Below are positions 61,001 through 64,000 of a DNA stretch of 64,000 nucleotides, one piece after another. Source of the stretch: Cyanophora paradoxa CCMP329 (lineage: Eukaryota; Plantae; Glaucophyta); NCBI GenBank assembly GCA_004431415.1, contig QPMI01000005.1, positions 558,001 through 622,000 of the forward strand, read 5' to 3'. The number at the start of each line of letters is the position of its first letter. Position 1 is the stretch's first letter. Made by a program: the position numbers and the translations under genes. Below the pieces are notes generated by a model. It saw nothing but the letters and a program-made list of their open reading frames with translations, did no database searches and had not been told where the DNA came from.

Positions 61001-64000
61001 CACTTAAGCTTGGCTCACCCGCGCGCCGCTCTTTGTGCAGGGTACGGAGACATAAGCCCCGGCTCCAACCGTGAAAAGGTGCATTTAATTTACTACGACT
61101 AAGTTACAGCCCGGCCGCCCCAGCTGCAGCCGTCGGTGTCCGGCTCTCGCGGCCGCCCCTCCGCAGCCCACCCGGGCCGGGTCTAGATCTAAGCGCCCCT
61201 GGCCCCGCCCTGCAGGCCGTCACGATTTTCATGTTCCTTGTCGGCGCCACTGTCTTTGCCTTGTGCGTACCGCCCGTCCCCAATTTATTACTGAGCTTCA
61301 AGGCTTCTCCCCGCTCATCCCACGTGCACCCGTACCACCCCGGGCCCACCTCGCAGTCTCATCGGAGCCGTGTGCCCCGCCCACCGCCGAGCCGCGCCGC
61401 CCGCCCACCCGGCGGCCGGCCCACCGTTACCCCCCCTTGCGTAGGTCACGGGCCTGGCCGCCTCTCTCGACCGATCCGTGCGCTCATGATCAGCGGCTCC
61501 GCCCTGGCCTGCTCTAGATCCAAACCCCTACGCCCCGCCGGCTCATGATCACCTCCATGGGCCCGGCCCTTGCACGTGCGCAGTCTGCTCTGTACTGGGA
61601 GCGCCTGGACGCCCTCTCGTCCTTCATGCGGTGCGCGTTCTAATTACTTCACTTCAAGTTATAATAATGAAAGAGCGGTTGCACTTGAGAGCGCTATTGG
61701 ACGAGAGCGCTACTAGAAATAAATAAAAGGAGCCAATTGAATATTTAACATTCATTGCATCATAGAGTTGACGCGCACTCGGTGACTAGTACTGCGGCGT
61801 GCATCATAAATCATAAGAGAACGCGCATGCGCAATTCAAGATAATTACAGATTAAAGCACAGAGATAAAGGCAGAGCTAGCTATAGATCAATTGCATTAA
61901 TCCGAACTCGAGTCCTCGACTCGGCGAGCTCCTCGCATCTGACGCTGAAGCTTCGTTACCCCTTCCCTCGCGCGCCTCTGAGTGTCGGCATGGACAGGTA
62001 TCACCGAGTGCCCTTCCACCTCTCGGCCCGCATCAAAACCTTCTACCAGCACTTCCTCGTGCGCTCTTTCATTTTCTAGCTTTTACTTTCAAAGTTTTCC
62101 GCGGATACGAAATTTTTCGAAGCTCATTTCTGAAGTTGTACGTCTTCGATTCTTAGCCCGGCCTGCTATATATAGAAACACTTGGCAGGATGAGCTCTGA
62201 AATTAAATCTGCACGCTAAATTTCTAGAAGCTCTGGAGCTCCGAGGATCTTGCCTCTCTCAAAGTAGGCGTCGCTCACCGCTCGCCGCGCGGGGCGGCGT
62301 GCCGGCGCCGGCAGCCCGGGGCGCTGGCGTTCAACGAGGGGGCCCTCCTCGGCGACCTCTCCGCCTCGCTGCGCACCGAGCTTGCCATCTTCCGCCACAA
62401 GGACCTCATCCTGAAGGTCCGGGGGCTATTTATATTTAATAGAAACGCAATACATAGCTTGTATAAGGCGACAATCTCAGCTCCAAGTTCGTCGTTAATT
62501 ATACAATACTCACTTGGGACGCCCCCGGGCGCAGAGCGCCATGTTCAAGGTGCCTCTCCCTCTCCAAACAGATTTGAAATCCATGCTCCATCCGTCCGCG
62601 CTGAACCCCCCCCCTTCTCCCCCCCCCCACATACCAGCGCGTCTACGACCGACGCTTCATTGAGCGGTTCGCGATCGCCCCCCCCCCCCCCCCCCCCCCC
62701 CCGCCCCCCGGCGGCCGGCCCGCCCCCGGGGTCCCAAGTTCCCTATTTAGCTGACACGTACATGTACATGTACAGCCTTGCCCTTATTCCTTAATTCCTG
62801 AATTGCGTTTCCGGATCCTTTCCACTTCTAAGTTTATAAAAAGGACATGTACAGCCTCGAGCTTGCGATTGCTATCGCCCCCCGGCCCGCCGTGCCGGCA
62901 TGCCTCCGCGCACGGGCCGCCCGTTTCTAGATCTTGGCACGCCCTCCTGATTAAGCGGCGCCGCGCACGCGCGCTGGCGCCCGCAGGGTGGTGGTGCTGC
63001 TGAAGCCGTGCTCCTTCGGCCCCGGGGACCAGATCTTCTTCCAGGGCGAGCGCGGCTCCGCCATGTACTTCATGTGCGCGTGTACCCCTAGCTATCATAG
63101 TATAGGGTCCTGCCAGGCTGCGCCAGCCAGCTGCAGCCGCCCTCTCGGAAAAATAAATAAACAGCATCTTCCGGCTAGCTATAGGTATTCGAGCTGACGG
63201 TCCCTGGCCCCTGGCCCCTCGCAGCTCGCAGGGGAAGGTCCGGATCGCGGTGGGCCCTGAAGACAGCGCCGCGACCGTCGCGACCCTGTCGGAGGGCAAC
63301 TTCTTCGGCGAGGTGCCTTCATCATAATAAAGAAAAGCCCGCTTCTAGAAGCCCTACAGTGCCGCGGCCATAGAAAAGCCCTTGTTTTTCAACAAATCAA
63401 ATTTAATAGTTGAGTGGCCTCGAAAGGAGGCCAGGGTATAACCGCCGCGGGGCCGCCTCAGATTGCGGCGCTGACGGACTCTGTGCGGACGGCGCACGCG
63501 ATCGCCATCGACTTCTGCGGTGAGGCAATAATTATATTAATGGCTTTACTAAGTTAGATCCAGATTAATACCAGGAAATGTCTAGATTGATGGCCGCCCT
63601 CTTATTAATACTACTACTATGATATTCAATGATTCCCGCCCTTGCCTGGCTGCTGCTCACGATCCGATCTGACGGAGCCCGCAGAGCTGGTGGCGCTGAA
63701 CAAGGGGGACCTGGAGACGGTCCTCGAGGACTTTCCCTATGTGCGCCGCCGCCGCTCCGGGCCCGACCCGCGGCCGCGCGCTGCGCTTGAATGAGTAATA
63801 CCGCCCCGCGTCAAATTAAAGAGAGACGCGGAGCTTGCCGAGGGGGCTAGAGGGCATTCAAACCTTAACTTCAGCTTCTTAAAGACAAAATGTGCGAAAT
63901 AGGAATTATAGGATCAATACAAGATTGAAGCGCGCTCAGCGGCCGTCAAAGAAATTCGCGCTTTCAGTTTTCCATCAGAGTCCGACCCGCCCGCGCAGAT
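58092..64000 (+). CDS. Voltage-gated K+ channel with cyclic-nucleotide-binding domain (KCNH/HCN/plant-Shaker-like); runs off the window
   Basis: DLMVDIAFLIDV, WFFPDIVSSIP, S4 RLLRFARVLRLKRL, S5 LIAHWFCCF, pore TTLATV-GYGDISP (GYGD at ~61041), CNBD FGPGDQIFFQGERGSAMYF, LSEGNFFGE/IAAL..RTA. Confidence 0.9.

Overview
GC-rich, intron-dense eukaryotic nuclear DNA. An alga with a primary plastid such as a Cyanophora-like glaucophyte is my inference, from the short introns with GT and GC donors and a 'MASF' transit peptide on MenG. The window holds a 12.77-kb Ty3/gypsy LTR retrotransposon (6859-19625; identical 298-bp LTRs, ATTG target duplication) inserted just downstream of MED12. MED12 and KAT14/CSRP2BP form a head-to-head pair. 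Five copies of an F-box/LRR-like gene are each tail-to-tail with KAT14 or with a KAT14 or MED12 3' fragment. Other genes: an STY/Raf-like kinase, MenG, an atypical thioredoxin, a TM-SMP-C2 synaptotagmin-like gene, a CNBD K+ channel (3' truncated) and two orphan genes. The most striking unexplained signal is a stereotyped micro-insertion, NNN-C-revcomp(NNN)-G-NNN, plus a 6-bp NNN-revcomp-NNN variant. The longer form occurs at about 20 non-coding sites, sometimes nested, and aligning the pseudogene fragments to their parent genes shows these are insertions. They look like hairpin-type excision scars of a very active cut-and-paste element with a 3-bp TSD and C...G ends. Second, the retrotransposon appears to encode one ~3,800-aa polyprotein with an ~800-aa unrecognised domain between Gag and protease. 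Gene coordinates are gene spans; exon boundaries were read by eye.
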